The notes under the pieces were generated by a model, which worked only from the letters and a program-made list of their open reading frames with translations, was not told where the DNA came from and did no database searches. The position numbers and the translations under genes are program-made. 64,000 bases of DNA from an uncultured Glaciecola sp. (lineage in GTDB: Bacteria > Pseudomonadota > Gammaproteobacteria > Enterobacterales > Alteromonadaceae). The stretch spans positions 219,221-283,220 of the forward strand of contig CALJHY010000005.1 of the NCBI GenBank assembly GCA_937770335.1, in the 5' to 3' direction. Of this stretch, positions 44,160-53,632 are shown piece after piece. Position 1 is the first letter of the stretch. Every line of letters starts with the position of its first letter.

Positions 44160-44762
44160 TTGACTAGTGGCCGTAAGCGCGAGTTTGATTATGACATAGC
44201 ACTTGATGCCGCAATGCATGTATTTTGGCTGAAGGGCTATGCTGGTGCTTCATTTAGCGACCTCATTGAAAAAATGAATATCAATAAACCCAGTATATAT
44301 CGAGCGTTTGGTAATAAAGAAGATCTTTTTATTAAAGCTACTCAGCGCTACCTCGACACCAAAATGAAGACTCATATGGCATTGTTATTTGAGGAAGGTG
44401 TTGCGCTAAAAACTAGATTTAAACAACATATGATGTCGATTGTTGATATGCAATGCAGCACTACTAATGCAAAAGGCTGTTATTTGGCCTTATGTCAATC
44501 AGAGTTGATTGGCGGTGGTATACCTTTGCAAGCTGAGTTAATGCTAAAAGAGACTGATGGAATTCTAACAAAATGTTATGAAGAGATTTTTAGCAATGAT
44601 CCTGAAGCCATTTTGTTAGGGTTAGACAAAAATGCTAAATCCAATAGCTTATCTCTTTATACAATATTGAAAGGTACGGCCTCTATGGCTCGGTCTGGCG
44701 CGGTAAAATCGGAATTGGAATATTCTGTAGATACTATTCTTGCTGGAATTGGGCTTCATTAA
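44160..44762 (+). CDS. TetR family transcriptional regulator
   Basis: The HTH reads ASFSDLIEKMNINKPSIYRAFGNKEDLF. The start codon is TTG. Confidence 0.8.
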   Translation: MTSGRKREFDYDIALDAAMHVFWLKGYAGASFSDLIEKMNINKPSIYRAFGNKEDLFIKATQRYLDTKMKTHMALLFEEGVALKTRFKQHMMSIVDMQCSTTNAKGCYLALCQSELIGGGIPLQAELMLKETDGILTKCYEEIFSNDPEAILLGLDKNAKSNSLSLYTILKGTASMARSGAVKSELEYSVDTILAGIGLH

Positions 44763-45154
44763 AACTGGCTAGCTATATCCAGCGTGAGAGCTCTTTATTG
44801 AATTATTGCATCGCACTGTGAGTTTAATGTCAAACCATGCTACGGGTAAAGTCGTCGCCCCAAGGGTCACATAATTTGGCCCTGCTCAGGCCGATTTTGA
44901 GTATTGTTAAATGCCTATTTGTTCGAAGATTAGTTAGGATCTGGGGATTATGCTATATCCTTTTTATCATGATAAGCCTAACCATCTAGGCAAACAGCTA
45001 GAGATTTTGAATGCGCACAGGGCTAACCCTCTGCCGGTAATGTTATAGGGCTCGCTGGTCAATGAAAGTGTTCACCAAACGATGACCGATAGTATCTTCA
45101 TATTAGTGATTAAAACGATACACAATAATGTTACTTTGAACGGCTAACAATGGG

Positions 45155-45277
45155 TTAAAAAAGTAAAATTTTAAAACCGATCAAAATTAAGACAACACCG
45201 CCTAATAGCCTCGCTTTGCTCTCTAGATAAGGACCGTTTTTTGCGCCGATTAACAGAAGTTTGGACGAACACCTCAT
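45155..45277 (-). pseudogene. C-terminal remnant of an MntP/LysE-like small-solute exporter
   Basis: The reverse frame reads MRCSSKLLLIGAKNGPYLESKARLLGGVVLILIGFKILLF*. The LGGxxLIxIGxKIL ending is typical of MntP-type proteins. It ends against the IS debris. Confidence 0.3.
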
Positions 45278-45308
45278 AGTAAGCGCGACAATTAAAATTG
45301 AATGAGCC

Positions 45309-45596
45309 TCATACTTTTAATCCTTGCTCAAGTTGCTCTTTAATATGACGATTAGGTGATTCTCTAACATTTTCATGTGTAATACCGGTGTTATTGCGCG
45401 TTGCGATAAACCTATAATGCGCTATCAGTTCTCGGTAGCGAGCAGTGAAATCCTCAGCCGAGACACTGCTTTTATAGGCTGCACTTAAACTATCCGAGCG
45501 CACTTCTGTCGGTGCACCATTGCTTTTGGTAAACGCATTTTGTAACCCGTCAGAGAAGGCTGCGAAGCTCTCGCCACCATACGTTAATTGCGTGTA
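45309..45596 (-). pseudogene. C-terminal fragment of a DDE (rve-type) transposase
   Basis: It reads ...LTYGGESFAAFSDGLQNAF..APTEVRSDSLSAAYKS..RYRELIAHYRFIATRNNTGITHENVRES..HIKEQL. This carries the DSLSAA and NNxGxxHEN signatures of a transposase catalytic core. The N-terminal two thirds are missing. Confidence 0.55.
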
Positions 45597-45597
45597 T

Positions 45598-45717
45598 ACG
45601 CATTCCCAAGAACGACTAAGTGAGGTTGCAGCCCAACTAAATGAACGCCCAAGGAAAACATTGAAATTTAAAATACCATCACATATGATTGAAACGAGTG
45701 TTGCGCTGTTAGCTTGA
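45598..45717 (+). pseudogene. C-terminal fragment of an IS30-family transposase
   Basis: SQERLSEVAAQLNERPRKTLKFKIPSHMIETSVALLA* is the IS30-family LNxRPRKxLxFxTP tail. It abuts the minus-strand transposase fragment. Confidence 0.55.
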
Positions 45718-45858
45718 ATCCTCATCGGCGTTTTTCGCAAAGGAAATGAAATAAAGTATTCATTTATAACAAGTTTAGGTAGGCAGTAACTAGTAGCTAT
45801 GTCATGTAAAGTGATGTGCGTTAGCAAATCTGCTTACTATGCTTAGCGAAAGCGCCCC

Positions 45859-46625
45859 GTGATGATTATTAGTGCACGAACACTGAATTTACACCGCAGG
45901 GCGAAGGCCCTTTTTACAGCAAGTCGCGAGAGCTTGGGTAGTCGTGAGTTGGGTAAAAAGCGTCGTAAAGAGGGTTTTGATATTACGCGGTATCGTGTCA
46001 TCAGATTGATGGAATGCTTGGGCCTCGTTGTTACGCAGCGCATTGCTTATAAAGTCACAATCAAGCGCAAGCACCGTGATGCTGTCTCTGGCAATTTGTT
46101 GAACATGAATCTTAATCCGCCAGGTCCAAATCAAGTGTGGGCAGACGGTGTGAACTATATGAAAACGGGCGAAGGCTGGCAATATTTAGCTATCGTGATG
46201 GATTTATTTGGTCGCCGTATTGTTGGCCGGCACACATCGAAACGTATGACGACTGACTTGATTGCACAAGCATTTTTGAAAGCGCATCGTCTACGCCAAC
46301 CGCCAAAGGGGTTAGTATTTTACAGTGATAGAGACTCGCAATACACGAGTAAACGCTTAAAAAGATTATTAAAGGGGCTTAATTGTCGCGCTAGCATGGG
46401 TGATGTAGGTGCTGGTTGTGACAACGCGGTGGTTGAAAGGTTTTTTTTGGCAGTTTAGAATATGATTGGTTGTTCAAAGTAGCGCAACCAACCCGAGAGC
46501 ATATTACGCAAGATGTTGCTGCATATGTAAAATATTACAATCTGGAGCGATTGCATTCGTCGAACGACGATCAATCACCCATTGAGTATGAAAATTCCTT
46601 TAGGAAAGTGTCCGGTTCGACTTGA
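45859..46625 (+). pseudogene. IS3-family transposase orfB, 5'-truncated and frameshifted
   Basis: It carries RYRVIRLMECLGL, PNQVWADGVNY..EGWQYLAIVMDLFGRRIVG, YSDRDSQYTS and DNAVVERFF. The frame then breaks in a T8 run (46441-46448). It resumes as GSLEYDWLF...YYNLERLHSS...SPIEYE, stopping at 46623-46625. No orfA or left end is present. Confidence 0.8.
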
Positions 46626-46863
46626 CCAGAACAGTCAGTGGTGCGCTAAATTTTTGGGAATCCACATCCACGTTTAAATTGGTTAACACATCCTTACCAT
46701 CTACCCCAATTTTAGGGTATAGGGGTAGATGTGTAATCATCACTTAAATAAGAATCACCTCGATAGGTTTTTTGATTTACATTATTTTTAATAGCGTAAT
46801 GTGTTCTCTTTTTTAAAACGTATCAAACCATTATTAACTCTGATGTGCTTACGAGAAAAGGTC

Positions 46864-47754
46864 CTAAAAAACTTTGACGAAACGGACATTAAGCCTGTCA
46901 TCCTCAAAAAATCCGTTATGAACATCAATGCTACGGCCATACTCAATCATCACCTGAACATCAGGTTGGATGAAGTGACTTAACGTGATGTTGAAACTAC
47001 TATTATTTAGTTCATCGTTTTGTTTAACATTGTTCAGACTCGTCTCACCACCAAAATCATGGTAATAACTCAGCGAAGCACTTGTTGTTGGGGTGAAATT
47101 TTTGGTTAAATGTACTTGTATACCATACTGATCATCTTGATCTTTGGTGACTGTATTGAAATCATCATTTTCACCAAAAAAAGTGTATTCAGCGATAAGG
47201 GTTAAGGAATACACCTCTGTTAGTGGAGTGGTATAGGCGGCTTGTGTGATAAGTTTCCACCTATTCTCACCTATATTAACGGGACCTCTACTCCCTTTAT
47301 ATTCACCTACAGGAATAGAAACAAGACCAGTTAAGCCAAATGCTTTTTTTGTTTTTGTATCGTTGTAAATCCACATTGTGGCACCGATGAGAGGATCACC
47401 TACACCGCTACTGCTTGTTGTTCCTCCAGTAGTATCGAGAGACACCTCTCCAAAAGGAATTATAATTTGTGGATCAACTATATAGCCGCCAAGATCAATA
47501 TAATGCACCCAGCGGAATACGCCAATGTCAGTCGTTAATTTATCAATACCTGCAGCATCTGAAACTTCCTTACCTGAAGAATAAAAATCTTCATGTTCTG
47601 TGTGCTGTAAATAAAAGATCGCTAAATCTAGTCCCGCAGGTAAAGGTTTATAATCACCAGGATCGGTTGTAACTTGTGCGGATAACACTGACATTGAAAG
47701 GAGAGAGAGAATACCAGTAAGCGTATAAGTTTTTTTATTCATTATTAATTTCAC
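46864..47754 (-). CDS. Outer-membrane beta-barrel channel (MetA-pathway/phenol-degradation-like transporter family)
   Basis: It has a signal peptide (LLSMSVLSAQV) and an alternating beta-strand pattern. The C-terminus is ...RFVKVF with a terminal Phe. The family assignment is from memory only. Confidence 0.55.
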   Translation of the reverse strand: MKLIMNKKTYTLTGILSLLSMSVLSAQVTTDPGDYKPLPAGLDLAIFYLQHTEHEDFYSSGKEVSDAAGIDKLTTDIGVFRWVHYIDLGGYIVDPQIIIPFGEVSLDTTGGTTSSSGVGDPLIGATMWIYNDTKTKKAFGLTGLVSIPVGEYKGSRGPVNIGENRWKLITQAAYTTPLTEVYSLTLIAEYTFFGENDDFNTVTKDQDDQYGIQVHLTKNFTPTTSASLSYYHDFGGETSLNNVKQNDELNNSSFNITLSHFIQPDVQVMIEYGRSIDVHNGFFEDDRLNVRFVKVF

Positions 47755-47832
47755 TTTTTATTATTGAGTATTAATTTTATTTAGCCTTAATTAAAACCAT
47801 TGAAATATTTGAAGTCCCAATGGTCTTTTAAC

Positions 47833-49563
47833 TTAACCGATCAATATATCAGCCATACGTTCACCTATAATAATGGTTGGCGCCATTGTATTCCCAGTAG
47901 ATACTCGTGGCATTATTGAAGCGTCTGCTATGGATAACCCCTGAACGCCATAAACTGAGAGTTTACTATTCACTACGGACATTTCATCACGACCCATTTT
48001 ACATGTGCAGCTTTCATGAAAATAGGTTCCTGTGGCATTACGTGCAAAATTTTCTAATTCTTTTGCTTTTAATGGGCCAGGCATGATTTCACGTTTTACA
48101 AACTCTTTCATCGGGCCCGAATTTCCAATTTCTCGACATAATTCTATTCCCCGAAGCAGCGCTGTTAGGTCCTCGGGCTCTTTCAAGAAGCCGCCATCGA
48201 TAAAAACATTATCAGCGGGATTTGATGATCTTAAACTCACACTGCCTCGACTTTTAGGACGGACTAATCCAGGTGCCATCGTCCAAGCTCCTGGAACAAC
48301 ATCATATTGAGCTCCAGTACTTTCTGTAACATAGGGGACTTCGATTTGAAAAGGTTGTAAATCTGGTGTATCTAACTTACTGTCACTTTTCCAGAAAAAT
48401 GTCGCTTCAGCGGCATTGTTATGTGGCGGTAATGGCTTTTTATATTCCCAAACACAACCTGCAGCAAGAATATGATCTTGGAAATTTTTACCCACGCCAG
48501 GCAAATTCACTTTTGATTTGATACCGTGGGCTGCTAGTTCATCCGCCGCACCGATACCTGATAGCATCAATATTTTGGGGGTATTGATTGCGCCTGCTGC
48601 CAAAATAATACGAGTGGTTGCACTGATATTATGAACCTTGCCATCTTTAATGAAATTGACGCCTGTGGCTTTTGTTCCTTCCATAATCAGCTTGTTAACT
48701 GTTGCCCCTGTCAGTAAAGTAATATTTGGTTTCGCTAGTACATCGTAGAGGTAATCAGAAGGTAAGTTTTTACGTCGGCCATTTTTAATTCGAAGGTTAG
48801 CTATAGCTGCTCCGCCATCACCTTCCATCATTTTACCGTTTTGATCTTCAAATGCTGGAATTCCTACAGATTCTGCTGCAGACAACATAGCAGGGGCTAT
48901 TGGATTCGGGTTTTTCGCAGGTTCAACCCAAAGTCGCCCGCCTTTACCTCTGCGTTTATCATCAGGTATTCCTTGCCAATCCTCAATTCGTTGGTAAATT
49001 TTTAGTACGTTTTCATAATTCCAGGCGCTGTCACCAGCTTCTTCAGCCCACATATTAAAATCATTTTTGTGTCCGCGAGAATAAGCAGAAGCATTAATGG
49101 ATGAACCACCGCCAACAACCTTGCCCATTGGTAAGATTAAGGAACGACCGTTAACTGTAGGACTTGGTTCTGCTTTATAACCCCAATCACGCTCACTCAT
49201 TATATTGGTTGGCCACAGACCTGGTATCTGCACCGCGTCGACCTGATCGCTTCCACCTGCTTCTAATAGCAAAACTTGTGCATCAGTTTCAGCTGCTAGC
49301 CGACCAGCAACTACAGCACCGCCTGTGCCACTGCCAATAACAATATAATCATATGAAGATTTTAATGCTTGTGAGTTATAAAGTTGATTTATTGCGACAG
49401 CCTCACCTTGCTTTGCAATAACACTAGCAGCAGCAAGACTGACTCCAGTAGCCACAGCCATCTTTATAAACTCTCTACGGCCAATCTTTCCTCGAAAAAG
49501 TGCAGACTCAAGTAAATTTAAGTGATCGCCAGAAGTAAGATCACCAGTAATTATGGCTTTCAT
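47833..49563 (-). CDS. Tat-exported GMC family flavin oxidoreductase (choline/alcohol dehydrogenase-like)
   Basis: The twin-arginine signal reads GRREFIKMAVATGVSLAAA. The FAD motif is YDYIVIGSGTGGAVVAGRLA. GMC signatures run along the whole length. Confidence 0.85.
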   Translation of the reverse strand: MKAIITGDLTSGDHLNLLESALFRGKIGRREFIKMAVATGVSLAAASVIAKQGEAVAINQLYNSQALKSSYDYIVIGSGTGGAVVAGRLAAETDAQVLLLEAGGSDQVDAVQIPGLWPTNIMSERDWGYKAEPSPTVNGRSLILPMGKVVGGGSSINASAYSRGHKNDFNMWAEEAGDSAWNYENVLKIYQRIEDWQGIPDDKRRGKGGRLWVEPAKNPNPIAPAMLSAAESVGIPAFEDQNGKMMEGDGGAAIANLRIKNGRRKNLPSDYLYDVLAKPNITLLTGATVNKLIMEGTKATGVNFIKDGKVHNISATTRIILAAGAINTPKILMLSGIGAADELAAHGIKSKVNLPGVGKNFQDHILAAGCVWEYKKPLPPHNNAAEATFFWKSDSKLDTPDLQPFQIEVPYVTESTGAQYDVVPGAWTMAPGLVRPKSRGSVSLRSSNPADNVFIDGGFLKEPEDLTALLRGIELCREIGNSGPMKEFVKREIMPGPLKAKELENFARNATGTYFHESCTCKMGRDEMSVVNSKLSVYGVQGLSIADASIMPRVSTGNTMAPTIIIGERMADILIG

Positions 49564-49722
49564 TGTAATTTCCTCTATTGTTAAATTTTTATTGTTATAA
49601 ATGAGTTATTAAGCGTTAGGCTTTAACTTAGGCCCAAATTCACTCAGAAAAAAAGAGATTGTACGCCATTAAATTAAAAAGTATTTCAACCGTAAATAAC
49701 TGATAATTATTATATTTCCATT

Positions 49723-51192
49723 TTAAAAAGGGTATGCACGTTTTACTTGTTGAGTAGATATCCAACGTTGCGCTGTAAATGCTTCTATTGCACCAGTGCC
49801 TCCCCATTTACCTATACCTCCCGAATCTTTCATACCACCGAAGGGACAGTGAGGCTCATCGTGAACAGTTGAATCATTAATGTGCACCATGCCTGAATCA
49901 ATCTTTAGTGCCATTATTGAGGCATGGTGTGTATCACCACTAACAATTGCCGCGGTTAAGCCGTAAGGCGTATCATTAGCTATGTTGATGGCTTCTTCTT
50001 CACTGTCTACGGGGATTATTAGAGCTACAGGACCAAATATTTCATCACGATAAATTTCCATATCAGGGGTAATATCAGTTATTACTGTAGGTTGATAAAA
50101 AGGACCTTCTATATTTCCTCCCGTTTGTATGACTGCCCCATCTTTTTTAGCTTCACTGACAAGGTAATGAATGCGCTTTAGTTGGCGATCATTAATAATA
50201 GGACCTATGACGGCATATTCACTATGCGGATCCATTGGGCTGAAGTTTCGTACTTTTGAAGTGAATTTTTCTACGAATAAAGCGTATAGACTGCGGGGTA
50301 CAATAATTTTGTCAGCAGACATACATATTTGACCTTGATGCAAAAATGCACCGAAAAAGGCCACATCAACCGCATAATTTAGATCTGCATCCGCTAAAAT
50401 AATGATAGGATTTTTTCCACCCATCTCAAGCATTACACGCTTGAACCTTTGTGCACATGCGATTGAGATTTGCCGGCCCACTGCCGTTGAGCCCGTAAAG
50501 CTTATGCAATCAATACGAGGGTCTTCAATCATTTGATCTGCTAGCCTTTTTACATTGTCTCGGCTGCAAGTGATAACATTTATAACCCCTCTTGGAAATC
50601 CAGCATCTTCTAACAATTCCGCTATCATTAATCCGCCTGTTAACGGTGAGTCTTCTGAAGGCTTCAGGAGAGCGGTATTACCAAGCGCTATTGCATAAAT
50701 GAAACTGCGTAAGGATAGATATAATGGAAAATTCCAAGGAGATATAGCACCAACGACTCCCAGCGGTTGTCGAATGATAGTATTGACTTTTCCCGGTACA
50801 TTAGAAGGGAGTATTTCTCCATTAGGACGTGTAGTTAAGGCTGCAGCTTCACAGAAGGCTAAAGGGATAATGCTGCACTCATACATTGCCTTGCCAAGCG
50901 TTGATCCCGTTTCTTCTATAAGTGTGTTAACAAAATGTTCTTCACGGAGCTTAAATAGTTCTGCTGCTTTGTAAAAAAAATCTGCACGAGTGGTTGGTGG
51001 TAATGCGGCCCATGCTTCTTGCGCCTTGCTTGCAGCAGTAATAGCATCGTTTACGTCAGTACCGGTCGCATCTGCTATTGAGCGAAAGGTTTTCTGAGAT
51101 GTTGGATTTATGTTGTTAAAATACTGATCCAACTCAGGTTCTACCCATTTTCCGTCTATAAAGAGTTTGCTTGAATTTAATTTGTTTTTCAT
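49723..51192 (-). CDS. NAD(P)-dependent aldehyde dehydrogenase
   Basis: 489 aa with FTGSTAVGR, the LEMGGKNP catalytic Glu region and the GQICMSADK catalytic Cys. Confidence 0.88.
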   Translation of the reverse strand: MKNKLNSSKLFIDGKWVEPELDQYFNNINPTSQKTFRSIADATGTDVNDAITAASKAQEAWAALPPTTRADFFYKAAELFKLREEHFVNTLIEETGSTLGKAMYECSIIPLAFCEAAALTTRPNGEILPSNVPGKVNTIIRQPLGVVGAISPWNFPLYLSLRSFIYAIALGNTALLKPSEDSPLTGGLMIAELLEDAGFPRGVINVITCSRDNVKRLADQMIEDPRIDCISFTGSTAVGRQISIACAQRFKRVMLEMGGKNPIIILADADLNYAVDVAFFGAFLHQGQICMSADKIIVPRSLYALFVEKFTSKVRNFSPMDPHSEYAVIGPIINDRQLKRIHYLVSEAKKDGAVIQTGGNIEGPFYQPTVITDITPDMEIYRDEIFGPVALIIPVDSEEEAINIANDTPYGLTAAIVSGDTHHASIMALKIDSGMVHINDSTVHDEPHCPFGGMKDSGGIGKWGGTGAIEAFTAQRWISTQQVKRAYPF

Positions 51193-51312
51193 TGTTAGTC
51201 TCCTTTACTTTTAGTAAATGCTAACAACTTTTATATATCTCTAGCATGATGAAACTATCAATATATGGTACAAAAATATCAAAATTAACGTTTTAAATTT
51301 TTATTATTCTGT

Positions 51313-52182
51313 TTATCGACCTCTAAATTGACTGGGTGTTTCACCGGTGATTTGACGAAAAACCCGATCAAAATGACTGCTGTCAACAAATCCAAGTTCA
51401 TGGGATAAAATTGAAATCATTGTTTCCTTTTTCTTAAGCGCTTTCTTGGCTAGGTCAATACGATTTTGATTGGCGAAACGTGTAGGAGTGACACCAAAAT
51501 GTGTTCGAAACTTTCGAAAAAAACTGGATGAACTCATACAAGCTATTTTTGATAATACTTCTGTAGAAAACCGAGAGTGAGGAGTTCTAATAATATGATC
51601 TGAAGCTGCAAGGATACCCTTACTCGGCACTGTCGTTATGCGTTTGACTAAGACGTTATGTGATTGTGACTGCAGTAAGCGTGTGAAAAGACCATTTAAT
51701 TTTGATTCAACTAATACCTCCCGAAATTCTGTGCTTTTTTCAGAAAAAAGTGAAAGTAGACGATCTAGTTGAAAGTCAAATTCATTATCATCTGAAAATA
51801 TAAGGAATCGACTCCAGTCAATGTGAATTTCCCCACTGATAGCTTGGTGAATACGAGCCTGATTTATACTGTTAATAATGCTGTCAATCCTGTTTCTTCC
51901 TATTTCAATACACACACATTCTGTTGGGTTTCTGATACTGGTATCAGGAAAAAGAATAGAAAGTTTCATTCCGGGAGGTAAAAACATAGTTTGGCCAGGT
52001 AACAATTGGAATGGTATTGAATCGTCAACTCTAATGATTTTTCGGCCAGACTCCATTCGGAACAAAATTAGATTTGAGAAGCAGAGGTCGACACTTACTT
52101 GCTGGTTAGTTATGTAAGTTGAAACTTCTGAACCTGAGCTATAATGCACTGTTCTATACTCTATTAGTTTTTCAGCATTCAT
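51313..52182 (-). CDS. AraC family transcriptional regulator
   Basis: The C-terminal double HTH includes SSSFFRKFRTHFGVTPTRF and GFVDSSHFDRVFRQITGETPSQFR. Confidence 0.85.
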   Translation of the reverse strand: MNAEKLIEYRTVHYSSGSEVSTYITNQQVSVDLCFSNLILFRMESGRKIIRVDDSIPFQLLPGQTMFLPPGMKLSILFPDTSIRNPTECVCIEIGRNRIDSIINSINQARIHQAISGEIHIDWSRFLIFSDDNEFDFQLDRLLSLFSEKSTEFREVLVESKLNGLFTRLLQSQSHNVLVKRITTVPSKGILAASDHIIRTPHSRFSTEVLSKIACMSSSSFFRKFRTHFGVTPTRFANQNRIDLAKKALKKKETMISILSHELGFVDSSHFDRVFRQITGETPSQFRGR

Positions 52183-52310
52183 AAATAGAAACTCCTAAAT
52201 TATTACTTGCGATGTATTTTTTATATCTCTTGGATTTATCTCATATATGAATAGCTTGGATAAATAACATGAATGTCGTAATTAAGACTCAATAAGTAAA
52301 ATAAATGCCT

Positions 52311-53525
52311 TTATTGTCGATTCAATGGCCATTTATCAAAGAATGTATTAAAAAGTAATATACACATTAAAAAGGAAAATTGGCCAGCAAGGACCCCTAA
52401 TGATGTAACACCCATGCCTATGTCATTAGATCCAATTGGTAATAAGTGGTATGTTTTCAACCATATAATACCAAAAATCGCACCCCCTACAAACCATATA
52501 GCTATTCTACACCATATTCTTAACGTATCATTTTGAACTAACTCTTTGCTTGGATAGTCATCAAATAAATGATGCCATGCGAGCATAAAAACAATAACGG
52601 AAAGTTCCAGAGAAGCCACTAACACATCAATGGGTAGCCCAGGTACCAAATTGTAAGGTTCTATAATACCTCTAATAAGAGGTGGCAATGTAAAACCACC
52701 TATTAGAGCAATAACAAAACCAATAATACCCATTCGGGGTTGTTTTTTAGCAAAAAACTTCATGGGATACATTTCAGCACCCTCTACGGGCATAATCGCG
52801 AAAATCACATATGCTTGGCAAAAAGCAACAAATGCAGGCCAATTACCAAAGGGTTTATTAAAGACATCGTGACCGTTAATTGTAAAATGCATCAAACTAG
52901 GCACAATTAAAGTCATCCAAACCATCCACGTAATGGCAATACCGAGTAATAAAACACTTAAATGGTCGCTTAAATTGTCTACTTTTTTAGTAAAAGGCCA
53001 TTTATGAAATAACGCAATTAACGGTATCTGGGTAATAATTACAGCTAATGCAAAAAAATTACTTGCTTCCCAAGCTTCAATAGCAATATGCACTTCTTCA
53101 ACAGATTGAGGGGTAAACATTATCGAGAGGCTAAAAGGATGCCACCAAATCCCTAGTAAACTAATTAGGATTAAAAAGGCGCCTATCCCTAAAGCACAAC
53201 TGACCAGAGTATAATATAGACCTGCAAAAGGTTGCTTGGTAGTGAATGTCGTTTTACCGAAAGTTCCTAAAACAATAGATAACCAAATCCAGCCATTAAT
53301 AATCATCCAAAAAAAAGTACCTTCGGAAAAAGCTTTTAATAAATGATGCTGTTGATCAAGAGACGCAACAGTCATACCAACTTTCGCAATGCTAATATAT
53401 ATAGCTTGTGACGCTAATGACCATATTGGCCAAAGAATACAAGCCGCAATGAAACTCAATATCAGAGCAACTGTTCCTGTAATCAGTGGACTACTAAACA
53501 TTCTTTTATGTTCGACTACCAGCAT
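52311..53525 (-). CDS. Polytopic inner-membrane protein of unknown family (about 10-12 TM segments)
   Basis: 404 aa, highly hydrophobic and Trp-rich. No transporter signature was recognised. It sits between the TonB-dependent receptor and the AraC gene. Confidence 0.6.
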   Translation of the reverse strand: MLVVEHKRMFSSPLITGTVALILSFIAACILWPIWSLASQAIYISIAKVGMTVASLDQQHHLLKAFSEGTFFWMIINGWIWLSIVLGTFGKTTFTTKQPFAGLYYTLVSCALGIGAFLILISLLGIWWHPFSLSIMFTPQSVEEVHIAIEAWEASNFFALAVIITQIPLIALFHKWPFTKKVDNLSDHLSVLLLGIAITWMVWMTLIVPSLMHFTINGHDVFNKPFGNWPAFVAFCQAYVIFAIMPVEGAEMYPMKFFAKKQPRMGIIGFVIALIGGFTLPPLIRGIIEPYNLVPGLPIDVLVASLELSVIVFMLAWHHLFDDYPSKELVQNDTLRIWCRIAIWFVGGAIFGIIWLKTYHLLPIGSNDIGMGVTSLGVLAGQFSFLMCILLFNTFFDKWPLNRQ

Positions 53526-53632
53526 AAATACCTCTTATTAAACCAAGACTATTCGTAGAATATATAACTAAATATTAAAGCAAAAAAACAGCCAGTTAAC
53601 TCTTCAGTTAGCTGGCTAGAAGTACTACATAT

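Noticed and set aside
45597-45827. Upper part of the 172-aa minus-strand track ORF 45309-45827.
   Set aside because: Only the C-terminal ~95 codons look like a transposase. The N-terminal part is the antisense of the IS30 tail and its flanking DNA, so the ORF is chimeric.
46698-46731. 10-N14-10 inverted repeat as a terminator of the outer-membrane channel gene.
   Set aside because: It lies about 130 nt downstream of the stop and has no T-tract on either strand. It is noted only as part of the IS-debris finding.
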